A DNA stretch of 64,000 nucleotides, taken from contig NC_087437.1 in assembly GCF_036321535.1 (NCBI RefSeq), forward strand, positions 12,402,001 to 12,466,000, read 5' to 3'. Shown in pieces: positions 1 to 9,902 of this stretch. The translations under genes and the position numbers were made by a program. How positions within the stretch are numbered: position 1 is the first letter of the stretch; each line of letters begins with the position of its first letter. The notes beneath the pieces are model-generated. The model made no database searches, was not told where the DNA came from, and worked only from the letters and a program-made list of their open reading frames with translations. Source of the DNA: Camelus dromedarius. Lineage: Eukaryota.

Positions 1-358
1 TATCACTCATATGTGGAATCTAAAAAAAGAAAAAAGAAGACACTAATGAACTCATCTACAAAACAGAAACAGACTCACAGACATAGTAAACTTATGGTTA
101 CTGGGGGGAAGAGGGTGGGAAGGGACAAATTGGGAGTTCGAGATTTGCAAATATTAAATACTATGTATAAAATAGATAAACAACGAATTTCTTCTGTATA
201 GCACAGGGAACTGTATTCAATTTCTTGTAGTAACCTACAATGAAAGAGAATATGAAAAGGAATATATGTATGTGTATGTATGACTGAAACATTATGCTGT
301 AACCAGAAGTTGACACAACGTTGTAAACTGACTACACTTCAATTAAAAAAAGAAAGAA
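1..358 (+). mobile_element. L1 LINE 3' end (artiodactyl/camelid-type), cut by window start
   Basis: L1 3'UTR motifs (tatcactcatatgtggaatctaaaaa; gcacagggaactgtattcaa; actgactacacttcaatt) ending in an A-rich tail; closely similar to 28530-28887. Confidence 0.93.
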
Positions 359-435
359 ACTGAGGCACAGAGACCAGGAGACTCACCAAGTACAGCGGCA
401 GTCAGCAGTGAGACAGGGTTTGAACTTGGACCGCC
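356..435 (-). mobile_element. MIR SINE fragment
   Basis: aaactgaggcacagaga...gggtttgaact matches the reverse complement of the MIR core. Confidence 0.55.
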
Positions 436-1779
436 CACTGGACCACGGCCCCCACATGTAGACAGGGGCCATACTCAGATGTGCTGCAACCCACACTGTC
501 AGACCCTCATTGTAATTTCAAATGTTTCGGTGAGGAGCCCAGCACTATTTGTTTTCTTATGTTTGCAAATGCATCAATGTGTGACTTTAACTGTAGGCAG
601 AAAGGTTTTAAGGGAGGAAAAAGAGAAAAAGGCTGGAGCCTGAATTAATTAGGGAAGCCCCGTCGCTCAGACAGCAATGCCCCAGAGCCAAGCTGGAAGC
701 CAAGAAATTTGCTTTAAAAACATGATCTCTCCCAAGCTGAAGATTACGTCAAATATAGGGTGATATACCACCCAAAAGGCAAAACCACAGTTTGCTTGTT
801 TAAAGGCTGTTTTAGGTTGGGTTGGCTGCCACTCAGAGCTATATACCACAAGCCATGGGGCTGCAGTTTCTAGACCAGGGTTGGAAAGTCATCGGGAGAA
901 GAAGTGCTGTGGTCCTCCCTGCCCGGAGGCTCTGCACCTATAGAAGGAGTGCCCGGGCAAACTGCTGGCCACTGGCTTTCATTATAGCCTCCGCCGGGCA
1001 GTCGGGTCCAACACGCTCCCTACCTCGTGAGGGGGGAGAAAACCCCTTTGCTGAGCAGCACATAGAGCTTGGGCTTCAACCAGAATCCCCTTAGAAAGAG
1101 GACAGTGTCCCCCAGGCATGTGGACAGCAGGGATGGAGAAGGGTCTTGAGCATCCTGGGAGCGGTGTAACTCAAGGGTCAGGAGTGGAAGGCAAGTGTGG
1201 GTTGTTTGAAGCAGTCACACATTTCAGGTGGTCAACCCGCCTCGTCCCCATCTTGTCCCGAGGGCCCAAGTCGACTCTGCTATGTGGGTGACACGCAGGC
1301 GGCCTACATGGAACCTGGTTGCAGTTGGGTAAGAGAGTTTAGGAGGCTTAGCTGGCCCCTCCCCTACTCTGTTACACACAGTTGTTATCTGAAACCATCG
1401 GCCATTACACTACAGGAAGAGCAGCGCCCGTGTTTTTGGCAACAGGGGAGTGAGCAGGAGTTGGGTTTCTCTGATCAGGTCTCCAAGGCAGGCCGGCTGC
1501 CCCCCAGGAAGGCCCGGTATCCCTGTCCTCTGCGTGAACCTGCCTGAAAAGGATCCAGGAGTTATTGGGTAATCAGGACTTGTCAGCACCTCGGTTATGC
1601 AGGATGGTTCAATCCGATAATGTGAATGGAACCTGTAATAGTGCTGATGAAAAGCGCTCCGGTTTCAAAAGGGCCTTGAATGATTTTTTGTTCATTTTCT
1701 GTTTACATGTAATGTGTTATTGATGTCATTACCTTATAATACGGCAGCTTGTTTCATAGAAAAACCAGAAATTATTCAT

Positions 1780-1783
<4 letters not shown>

Positions 1784-1812
<29 letters not shown>
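1784..1812. repeat. poly(A) tract, 29 nt
   Basis: Uninterrupted A run followed by a GA-rich stretch. Confidence 0.95.
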
Positions 1813-1814
<2 letters not shown>

Positions 1815-2809
1815 CCAAGAAGAAGAAAGAAGGGAAGAAAGAAATCCTGTTACGTGAGGAAAATTGCATTCGAATGCTGCAACTGAAACATATTGATTTT
1901 CTGGCACCAGACTTTTTAGATTAAAAATGCCAATACTAAATCCTTTCATGACCCATAGTTCATATGAAGTTCGCATGTCATTTACTATTATTCTGAAGGA
2001 GAAAAAAAAAGCTGAATCTTTAATGAAAACATAGTTGGAAAGAATGCCTGCCTTTTCTACAATTTGCATACTATTATAATACAGCCTGCTTATGAGCTAA
2101 GTCTGCTGGTGGTAGGCTGGGTTGAACATTTTTGTGAGTGCAAATCAAAACTCATTTGTCTGTTTTAATTGCCTACCTGGGTTGGCCTCTTCCTGGGTGA
2201 AGACCAGAGCTGTACATGCTTTCATCATCCAGGCCTGTTCAGGATAGCACGTCAAGCTACCAGTGGTAAATGAGACATGTTCCTTCACGTACTGCGAGGG
2301 TCAGAGACCCACGTCTGGCCTTACTGTGGTCCAGAAAACATTCATGGTATCTATTAGTTGCAAGAGCCGTAAGGGAGCCACATGAGCTCCTGGCATGGTC
2401 CAGATTTGGTTGCCTGGTTACAGCTGATCTCAGAAGTCCCTGGACCAGATACCGATCCCTCAGTGGCATCTTCAGTTGCCATCAAAACAAGCAGTTTTGT
2501 CTTCTTACGATGTGCCATGAGCCAGTTTTGAAAGTCAAACAAAAACATCTCTCCTAAAAAACCCATTTCCTTTTACTGTGTTCTGTGTTTTCAAGCCATT
2601 GTCATGAACATGGGTGCCTTCTTCAGAGCTCTTGCCACGTCTTGCTAAGCTGGGGACCATTTGGTTTCCTTGTCTTCGGACAGAGATGAGCACCTTCTCT
2701 AACCTTTTGGCCTCGGTGTCTCTATTGCTAGAAAGAGGATGAGGCACTCAGAATGTAGATTTCTTGGATAAGCAGCTTCTCTAACTGGAATCCTGCTTAG
2801 CATCCACAG

Positions 2810-3028
2810 CAGGGGTTGGCAAGATCCACAAACCGAATCCGACCTGAGACCTGCTTTGTAAATAAAGTTTTATTGAAACACAAATATGTTCGTTTGTTTA
2901 CCTCGTGTCCCGGGCTGGTTTTGCACTCCAGCAGCAGAGTTGAATAGTCACCATACAGACCTCACAGACAGCAAACCCTGATGTATTTGCTCTTCGGTCC
3001 CTCACAGGAAAACATATGATAATCCCTG
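2810..3028 (+). mobile_element. MER58A-like hAT-Charlie MITE
   Basis: Starts caggggttggcaa, contains tttgtaaataaagttttattgaaacac and gcagagttgaatagt, ends ccctg. Confidence 0.85.
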
Positions 3029-3129
3029 GCCTAAAGAATTGTGTTTCTCCAAAATCTCCTACATTATGGTGGCCAAGAGTAGGTACAGCTGCTCCTCAGA
3101 GCTGCACTATAAGCTTTTTGAGTGAGGTG

Positions 3130-4200
3130 GAATCTTAGACATCACCTGGTTGTCCTCCCCACCTGACTGATGTTTGATTACCCTCAATAACATTGCCAGT
3201 ACTGGAAAAATTATAAAATCCTCAAACATACCATTCCATATTTTGCTGGCTTTGTTAGGAATTCTTCCTTATATCAAGTAAAATTCTGTCTCCTTGTAGG
3301 TTATTTGCATGTGGTCACAGTCCTCTGCTTTGCAGACATACAGACAAGTATGAACTTTCCTCAATGCCATGATCATTCAGATATCGAGAACTAGTGTTAT
3401 GTTCTCCCTGAGTGTGTTCTTCTTCAACAGATATTCCAATCAACTTCCTTTGTTCCTTTTATGTCTGAGCACTGAGGTCTTTACCAATCCAACCACGTTC
3501 CTCTGGATGCTGTAATCCATCACCAGGTACTAATGCAATATTCCAGGTGTGGTTCCACCCAGGTGGAGTTAGGCAGAGTCATCACCTCCCTCATTCTGGA
3601 ATTAATATTTCTATTCCTGTCAACTAAAATTTAATTTGCCTTTGGGGAGACCACATCTCACTGTTGATTCAGATCATACATGAGTCAACTATCTGAGTCA
3701 GCTCTGGCTGCTATAACAAAACACCACAGGCTGGTTGGCTTAAACAATAAACATATTTCTCGTGGTTCTGGAGGCTGGGAATTATAAGACCAAAGGGCTG
3801 GCATATTTGGCTCCTGCAAGAGCCCACTTCCTGTTTGTAGACAGCCACCTTCTCACTGTGTCCTTACATGTGCTCTCCTTGGCTGTGTGCATATGAAGAG
3901 AGGGGTCTCTCTGTCTCCTCTTCTTATAAGGACACTAATCCCACCATGAGGTCCAACCCTCATGACTTCATCTAAAGCTAATCAGCCCCCATAGACCCCA
4001 CTTCTAAATACCATCACATTGGGAGTTAGGGCTCCACCCCATGATTTTGAGGGTGACACAAACATCCTGTCCATAATATCTACTAAAACCCCTTTTCTGA
4101 TATGTAAAATGTTATCTTTCTGTTTTTCCCACCTATATCCTTTTTCTACTGATATCCCCCACCCCCACCGCCACCATACCTGCCTGAACTGCGTCTCTGA
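3130..4200 (-). mobile_element. L3/CR1 LINE fragment, interrupted by an MLT1A LTR
   Basis: ttgttaggaattcttccttatat; ttccaggtgtggt; atcacctccctcattctgga; cacatctcactgttgattca. The L3 sequence resumes after the LTR with actaaaacccc. Confidence 0.75.
3690..4078 (-). mobile_element. MLT1A/A0-like ERVL-MaLR solo LTR
   Basis: ggctgctataacaaaacaccacagg...gttctggaggctggga...cttataaggacactaatccc...aaataccatcacattggg...gacacaaacat; near-perfect 5-bp TSD tcaac/tctac. Confidence 0.9.
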
Positions 4201-4384
4201 TTTCCTGAGTCCTTAACATCTGCTAATTGCTTCTTATCTGGGAACAAATAAAGCAAATGCCTCTAATTCTTTCTCCCTTCATCCATCCATGTGAGGTTTG
4301 GCTTCTTACAAACTATTTACCCTTTTCCAACCTACTTCATCTACTTCAAATGGAAGGAAAGTGGCTAAAAGCAAAGATACGTCA

Positions 4385-4783
4385 CAGGAGCCACAAATGC
4401 TGTCCTGCACATATCTCTGACTCACCACCTTTTGGCAGCATGGTAGGGTTGCCCTTGCTGGCTTCATAGGTCTGAGCAGACTACATAATGAAATCTAGCC
4501 AGCAAATCATGAACGTGAAAATGATGTCCATCACTTCCAGACCAAGCATGTAACTACCAGTTCAAAACGCTGGACCTCTCTCTCTCTCTGGCATGGTGAC
4601 CAGCACCATTCAAGATGGTGGCTCTTGTATGCATCTGGGTCTCAGAATGTGGTAGCAGGGAATGGATCACCTGCTAAGTCAGGGTGGACCTGGAGCCTGG
4701 GTGAGAAATAGTCCTTTGTTTCTGTAAGGGGCTGAGATTTGGGAGTAGTTTTTGTAACATAGCCTGGCCTATCTGACTTATCC
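4385..4783 (+). mobile_element. MLT1I/J-like MaLR solo LTR
   Basis: tcacttccagaccaagcat...gtgagaaatagtcctttgtt...gctgagatttggg...catagcctggcctatctgact resembles the old MLT1 3' end. Confidence 0.75.
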
Positions 4784-4800
4784 TCACATTTTCTAGGCAC

Positions 4801-4900
4801 TCATTCATTCAACATTAGGCATCTCTTTGTTTAGTACCTACTACCTGACAAATACTTGGGCTATCACAGTGAACAAAACAAAAATCTCTACCCCTGTGGA
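4801..4900 (-). mobile_element. L2 LINE 3' end
   Basis: tcattcattcaaca...tacctacta...acagtgaacaaaaca. Confidence 0.65.
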
Positions 4901-5024
4901 AATAGAGGGTTTGACATTTAACATAATGGCCACATCAGGCCTGTACCCTTCCAAGTACAGTGTGGCACACAGAGGGTAGCACATTCAGGCCGAGGGTCTC
5001 TAGATGTGTGATCATCTGCGAGTA

Positions 5025-5115
5025 GGAGGGCCAGGGTTTAAGTGCTAGCTTTGCTGCTTGCCTGCTGTGTGACTTTGGGCTGACCACTTTACCTCTCTGG
5101 GCCTTTATTTCCTTT
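5025..5115 (+). mobile_element. MIR fragment
   Basis: gctgtgtgactttgggc...tttacctctctgggcctttatttcct MIR core. Confidence 0.65.
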
Positions 5116-5334
5116 ACCCCTTTCCACTCATGCTTAAGTCCATTCCATGCCACTCATACCAGTGGTCATACTTCCAGAAACAGGATCCTCACCACTTCCC
5201 AAGGCAGTGCTACATCTCTGAGCACCTGTATCTGCTTGACTGTTTTCCCTCTGAAGCTCACAAGCTCTACAAGCCTGGAGACACCAAATTACATCTTGTG
5301 GTGAAACCCCCAAGGCCGGAATTTGCAGTAAACC

Positions 5335-5760
5335 CATTTTTTACTGAGCTGCTATTCTGCGCCAAGCCCTGCTGTGGACTAGACACTCTGGCACTTAGAG
5401 GAAACGTATACACAATGGCCCTGAACTTCAAGTTCAAGTAGACAGATAAGAATGGCAGGTAGGCACCAGAGCAGGACATACTGTGCTAAATAGTGGGTCA
5501 GAGTGAGGGGAAAGGGAGAGGTAGTGGGGACGAGGGTGATCACGGAGGGCTTCATGGAGGACAATAGACTTTTGCCCAGCTTGGAAGGATGTAGATTCCA
5601 GGTAGGTGAGGGCATCCGGGAGAGACATATCAGACCAAGAGAAGAACCTTAGGGGAAGTGTGGAGAGTATGAGTGAGTATGAGTGTGTGCACTGTGGGAG
5701 CAGAATGAGGTCTCACTTGGCAAGAACAGAGAATTGGAGTGAAGACCAGATTCTGACCAG
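5335..5760 (-). mobile_element. L2 LINE fragment
   Basis: tttactgagc...ggagggcttcatggagga...cttggaaggatg, purine-rich L2 reverse strand. Confidence 0.6.
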
Positions 5761-6109
5761 CACCTTGTGAACAGTTACTAGAAGAGTCCACTGATAGAAT
5801 TTGGAAAGATAGAACACCAGCTGTCCACAGTGTCTAGGTATTTACTAAAGGATTTCTTCATTTCCTTTTCAGTCAAAAAGGCCTCGTATACCTGAAAACA
5901 AGAGCTTTCCCAATGGGACTTTTTCTTTTATCACAGATTCTCTGTTTACAGTTTTTATTTAATTAATAATAGCTCTCTGATAAAATCAGCAAAAAATTCT
6001 GATTGATAAAAGTGAGATTTGTTTTTATTGAACTTATAATATCCAATTAAATATGCAAACATAGTATAAATTTTATAACAATACAAATGCCTGAATTTCA
6101 TATGTTTTG

Positions 6110-6305
6110 TGTTAGAGTGTAGAGGACTTACAGTGTTGTGTTAGTTTCAGGTATATAGCAAAGTGATTCAGTGTTTTTATACTTTACAAAATGATCACCA
6201 TGATAAGTCTAGTTTCCAGCTGTCACCATCCAAAGTTACTCTGATATTATTGACTGTATTTCCTGTGCTGTGCATTACAGCCCCATGACTTTTTAATTTT
6301 ATACT
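6110..6305 (-). mobile_element. L1 3' end fragment
   Basis: gttagtttcaggtatatagcaaagtgattcag...atgatcaccatgataagtctagtt...ctgtcaccat...ttattgactgtatttcc. Confidence 0.85.
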
Positions 6306-7159
6306 TTTATTAAATGTAACAATTGTCCTTAAACACAATAAAAATAATTCTTATGATCTTGTCAATGACAAAACTGAAGACTAGAAAAAAATTAGCAATA
6401 GCTATCAAATTTTCAAATTTCAGGTGTTCCTCCCCAGACATTCCTCATGTGGATGGTAGATATTGTCACATCAGTGGAAATGGGTCGATTGAAGGCCTCC
6501 ATGGGCAAGCAGGGTGAGACTTAAGCCTGACTTCATGCTGTAGAAGGGAAATCGCAGAAGGGAAATACGAAATGGGACACCACTGCCAAATGGGTTCCCT
6601 TCTTCCTCTAAGTGATGGGTTTCTTCTGCCTTTCAACGAGAATGTCTTTCCCTGGGGCACATATGGTACGTGCACAGTCCAGGCTCATGACACAAACTCT
6701 CAAAAAACGTGGGGAATGACAGTGGGGGACATGGAGACACATGCTTAAGCCGCCCCTGCTCTGCCCCTCAGCTGACCTCCTAAGTAATTCCATCTCCTGG
6801 TGGCAGTGAGGGAGTTTCAAGTCACCACAGAAAAATTCAAGTGAAAACTAGACTCATGAATGTTGTACTTGGTAAAAAAGAAAAAAAGAAGATATGTGAA
6901 AAAATAAATGCTGTGTTCAAAATGTAAGTTAGTTGGGGCAGAGGAGCTGTTTTCCTGCGGTGTAAGGGGAAGTGGTTAATGAACTTCTTGAATCCAAGGC
7001 AATCATTTTTGAAATGCCAAGGAGGGTGGGGGTAGAGTCAGAGACGGAAGAAAAATTTGTGTGCTATTTCTATAAATGGAAAGGGGGAATTTTGGCTAAT
7101 TACCTTTCGGAAAATTTTCGTTCAAAATTATGTCCTGACTTTTCCATAGGTCTTGATGG

Positions 7160-7340
7160 TTTTCAAAACACATTTAGAGCCAATATTTTATCTGATTCCC
7201 ACAACGACCCTGGGAGGTAGGCAGAGAGGATTTTTTTTTTTAATATTTACTTGACAGATGAGAAGTTAGAGGACTTATCCAAGATTACATAGCTAAAAAG
7301 CAGTAAAGTCAGGGCTTTGCAAACTCAGTCCTAACTCTGG
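7160..7340 (-). mobile_element. MIR SINE
   Basis: gattcccacaacgaccctgggaggtagg...gacagatgagaa...gacttatccaagattacatagcta. Confidence 0.75.
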
Positions 7341-7459
7341 TCTGGTCAAATCGAGAGGAAAAGCAAATCCTGGGAGTTAACAGTGGGGGCATCCAATGCA
7401 TCCCCTTATGAGAGGAGGTGTGGCGATGTGGCTTAGTGGGCAAGAGCTGATACTGCAAA

Positions 7460-7780
7460 CAGAGATGATAATCCTGCAGCAAATGGGCTTGTGCAGCTTT
7501 GGCCCAAACAATGTTTACAAAGTTTTTTGCAGTTTTTAACAAGATATAAAAATCAGGGCAACTCACAATGAAATCTAGGTTTCTCGCCTCTCTCTTAAAG
7601 TCAGCATATCTGGATCCACTGGCCAGTGTTCCTGCATGGCCACAACCAGCAGGAGCTTAGGAGCAGCTGTCCCTCTTTGCTAAACATGAGTCTCTAGTTG
7701 GCCACAGTCCTTACCACTCCCTGTCGTCCCTAGCCATGAAGAATAAGGATCAGTTTTGCCATCACACCTGGGCTGTTACT
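7460..7780 (+). mobile_element. MER102-like hAT-Charlie element
   Basis: tttggcccaaacaatgtt...aaaaatcagg...ttcctgcatggccacaa...gccacagtccttaccactccct. Confidence 0.7.
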
Positions 7781-7989
7781 TTTCTCCTCCTCATCTGCAT
7801 CACTCAGTGGATCCTGCAGCCATTTGAACCTGTGCCCCCAGGTTTGGAGGTAGCCTCCCAGTTCTGTCAATTTCAGGCTATGTGAACATAGCAGAGTACT
7901 TTCACTGGTAGCTTCTGTTTCTATTTCCATTGCAGAAACTAGGAATGATAATGGTGTTGCTATAGAGGATGTTTGGGTATTTTTTTTTT

Positions 7990-8290
7990 TTTGGTTATTT
8001 TTTTTCTTTCAACGTATTTCTTTCTTTGGAAGTTCCCATCTTATGGGGACAAGAAGACTCATTTTCCAAGCCTTGCTAGCACCTAGGGTGCAAGTGAGTG
8101 ACCCGGGCTCCTCCAATCAAACAGAGAGGAACCAGACTCAGAGGGGACAACTAGTGACCCAAAGAAACACACACATGCACACAGTTCATCTTGCAAGAGC
8201 TACGTTGCATCTCTGGCAGTAGCCTCGGCAGGTGTGTCAGTGGTACCGTTCAAAACCCATCATTGGTGTGTTGGTGGCGTGAGTTGGAAG
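7990..8290 (+). mobile_element. LTR33/LTR16-like ERVL LTR fragment
   Basis: ttttccaagccttgctagcacctagggtgc...gtgacccgggctcctccaatca. Confidence 0.5.
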
Positions 8291-8539
8291 GTGTGTGCCA
8301 ATATAGGAAAGATCTGGGCTGTCTCCATTCCCTGGTTTTGAGTTAGCCATTATCACTGGTTGTGTGATGTCCAAGCCTTGTTCTCTGGTCCTCCCAGAGA
8401 AACCCTGAGCTCCTTAAGATCTTGAGTGCTTGTCTTTTGCCTGTTGGCTTCAAGACCCCTTCCCCTCCCTGCCCCTAGTCTGCTCTGTCTGTGTGTACAG
8501 GGCAAACACCATGAAATACATCCCCAAGCTCCTGTGTCA

Positions 8540-9735
8540 GCAGGTTTGTAGGGCCTAATGTTATTGCAATTTGGGAGCCCTCTTTGATAAAAGAATAATT
8601 CAAAATTATAAATAGAAAATGCTGTGCAAAAGGGACTATTTACTTTAATGAGAGGAAAATCACAAGTTAACAAATCTTAAAAATGCACTTAGAATGAGAA
8701 AAGAAAAGAACAAATGATATACGTATGTTCATGTGTGACTGAACCATTGTGCTGTACACCAGAAACTGACACAACATTGTAAATTGACTACACTTCAATA
8801 AACATATATATAGTTTAAAAAGAAAAGAACAAATAAAAATAAAAAGCTGAAAAAAATCATATTTTTGTTGAAATGTTGCAGATATCTCTCATACTTTTTT
8901 TCCTAGAATTTTTGACTTTCTACTATTTGATTGCCTCTAACTATGACAGTAATTTTCTAACGAGAAAAGGAGAAATATAATTTGGTCTCTCCTCAGTCTG
9001 CTGACTGGAATTCATGTTTTCATTATTGATAATTTAGAAACATTTCCATTATCAGCTCATTATGAATGTGGTGATGTGCATTTTTAGGATCTTTGTCAAT
9101 TGTGGGCAAGACTCTATCGACTTGCTTTCCTAGAAGAGCTCTAAGACTTTTCAGGCAGTTCAAGCTTCTTACGTTGTGGCCAAATGACTTTCCACCAGTG
9201 TTCTCATGTGAGGTCATCTGAGGGCAGACCAGGGCAATCAGCACAGCAGACAGCCGTGTTTTACTGCCGGGGCTCTGACACCGGGAGAAACTCACCTGTC
9301 TGAATGCCTGCTGGGATGCTGAAAACGCATGTGAGATGTGGAAAACGCTTAGGGGCACGGGACAGTCTGATGTCGGCAGGATGTCTACGTACTGAGTGGT
9401 GCTGGCCATCTTCACTCCTATGACAACAACCACCAGACTGTACGCAGAAATAAATGTGAACCGCACACATCTATCCCATGAAACATTAACTAAATCACCT
9501 TCCCTAGCCAGCCCCTAAACATGCCCCAGGCCATTTGAATGCCACCTAGTTCAAGAGGAAGCGTAACAGAGGGGGAGGATGTAGAGGGGACAAAGACGGC
9601 AGTTATCGCTGTGAGTTAAAGCAGCATATTTTTCAAATTGTGCACATATGACCATGTCCACAAGTTGCTAGGGCCTCCCTAGGGCCTTGTAAGGGGTCTT
9701 CAAGGCAAGAAGTCCTTAAGTCCCACTAACTTCCC
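8540..9735 (-). mobile_element. Zaphod-type hAT-Tip100 DNA transposon, internally deleted, with decayed transposase C-terminus
   Basis: Subterminal motifs (caatttgggagccctcttt...aaaagaata; gggcctccctagggccttgtaagggg). Minus strand ~8890-9170 aligns with frameshifts to the hAT dimerisation region (CLK.L...ILK...FSKLSI.K...EER.NY). Confidence 0.75.
8716..8817 (+). mobile_element. Short L1 3' end nested in the hAT element
   Basis: gtatgttcatgtgtgactgaaccattgtgctgtacaccagaaactgacacaacattgtaa...cacttcaataaa; flanked by aaaagaaaagaacaaat on both sides. Confidence 0.9.
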
Positions 9736-9764
9736 GCTCTTCTTGTTCTTTTTCTAATATTATT

Positions 9765-9902
9765 TTTAAACACCTTTATTGTGGTATGGTTCCTGTACAG
9801 TAAACTACACATATTTCAGATGTACAATTTGATGAATTTTGACAGATGTACACACCCATGACACCACCACCACAATCAAGACAGCTAACATCTCCATCAC
9901 CC
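9765..9902 (-). mobile_element. Old L1 (L1MB-like) 3' end
   Basis: ctttattgtggtat...tgtacaatttgatgaattttgaca...caccaccacaatcaagacag...catctccatcaccc. Confidence 0.85.
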
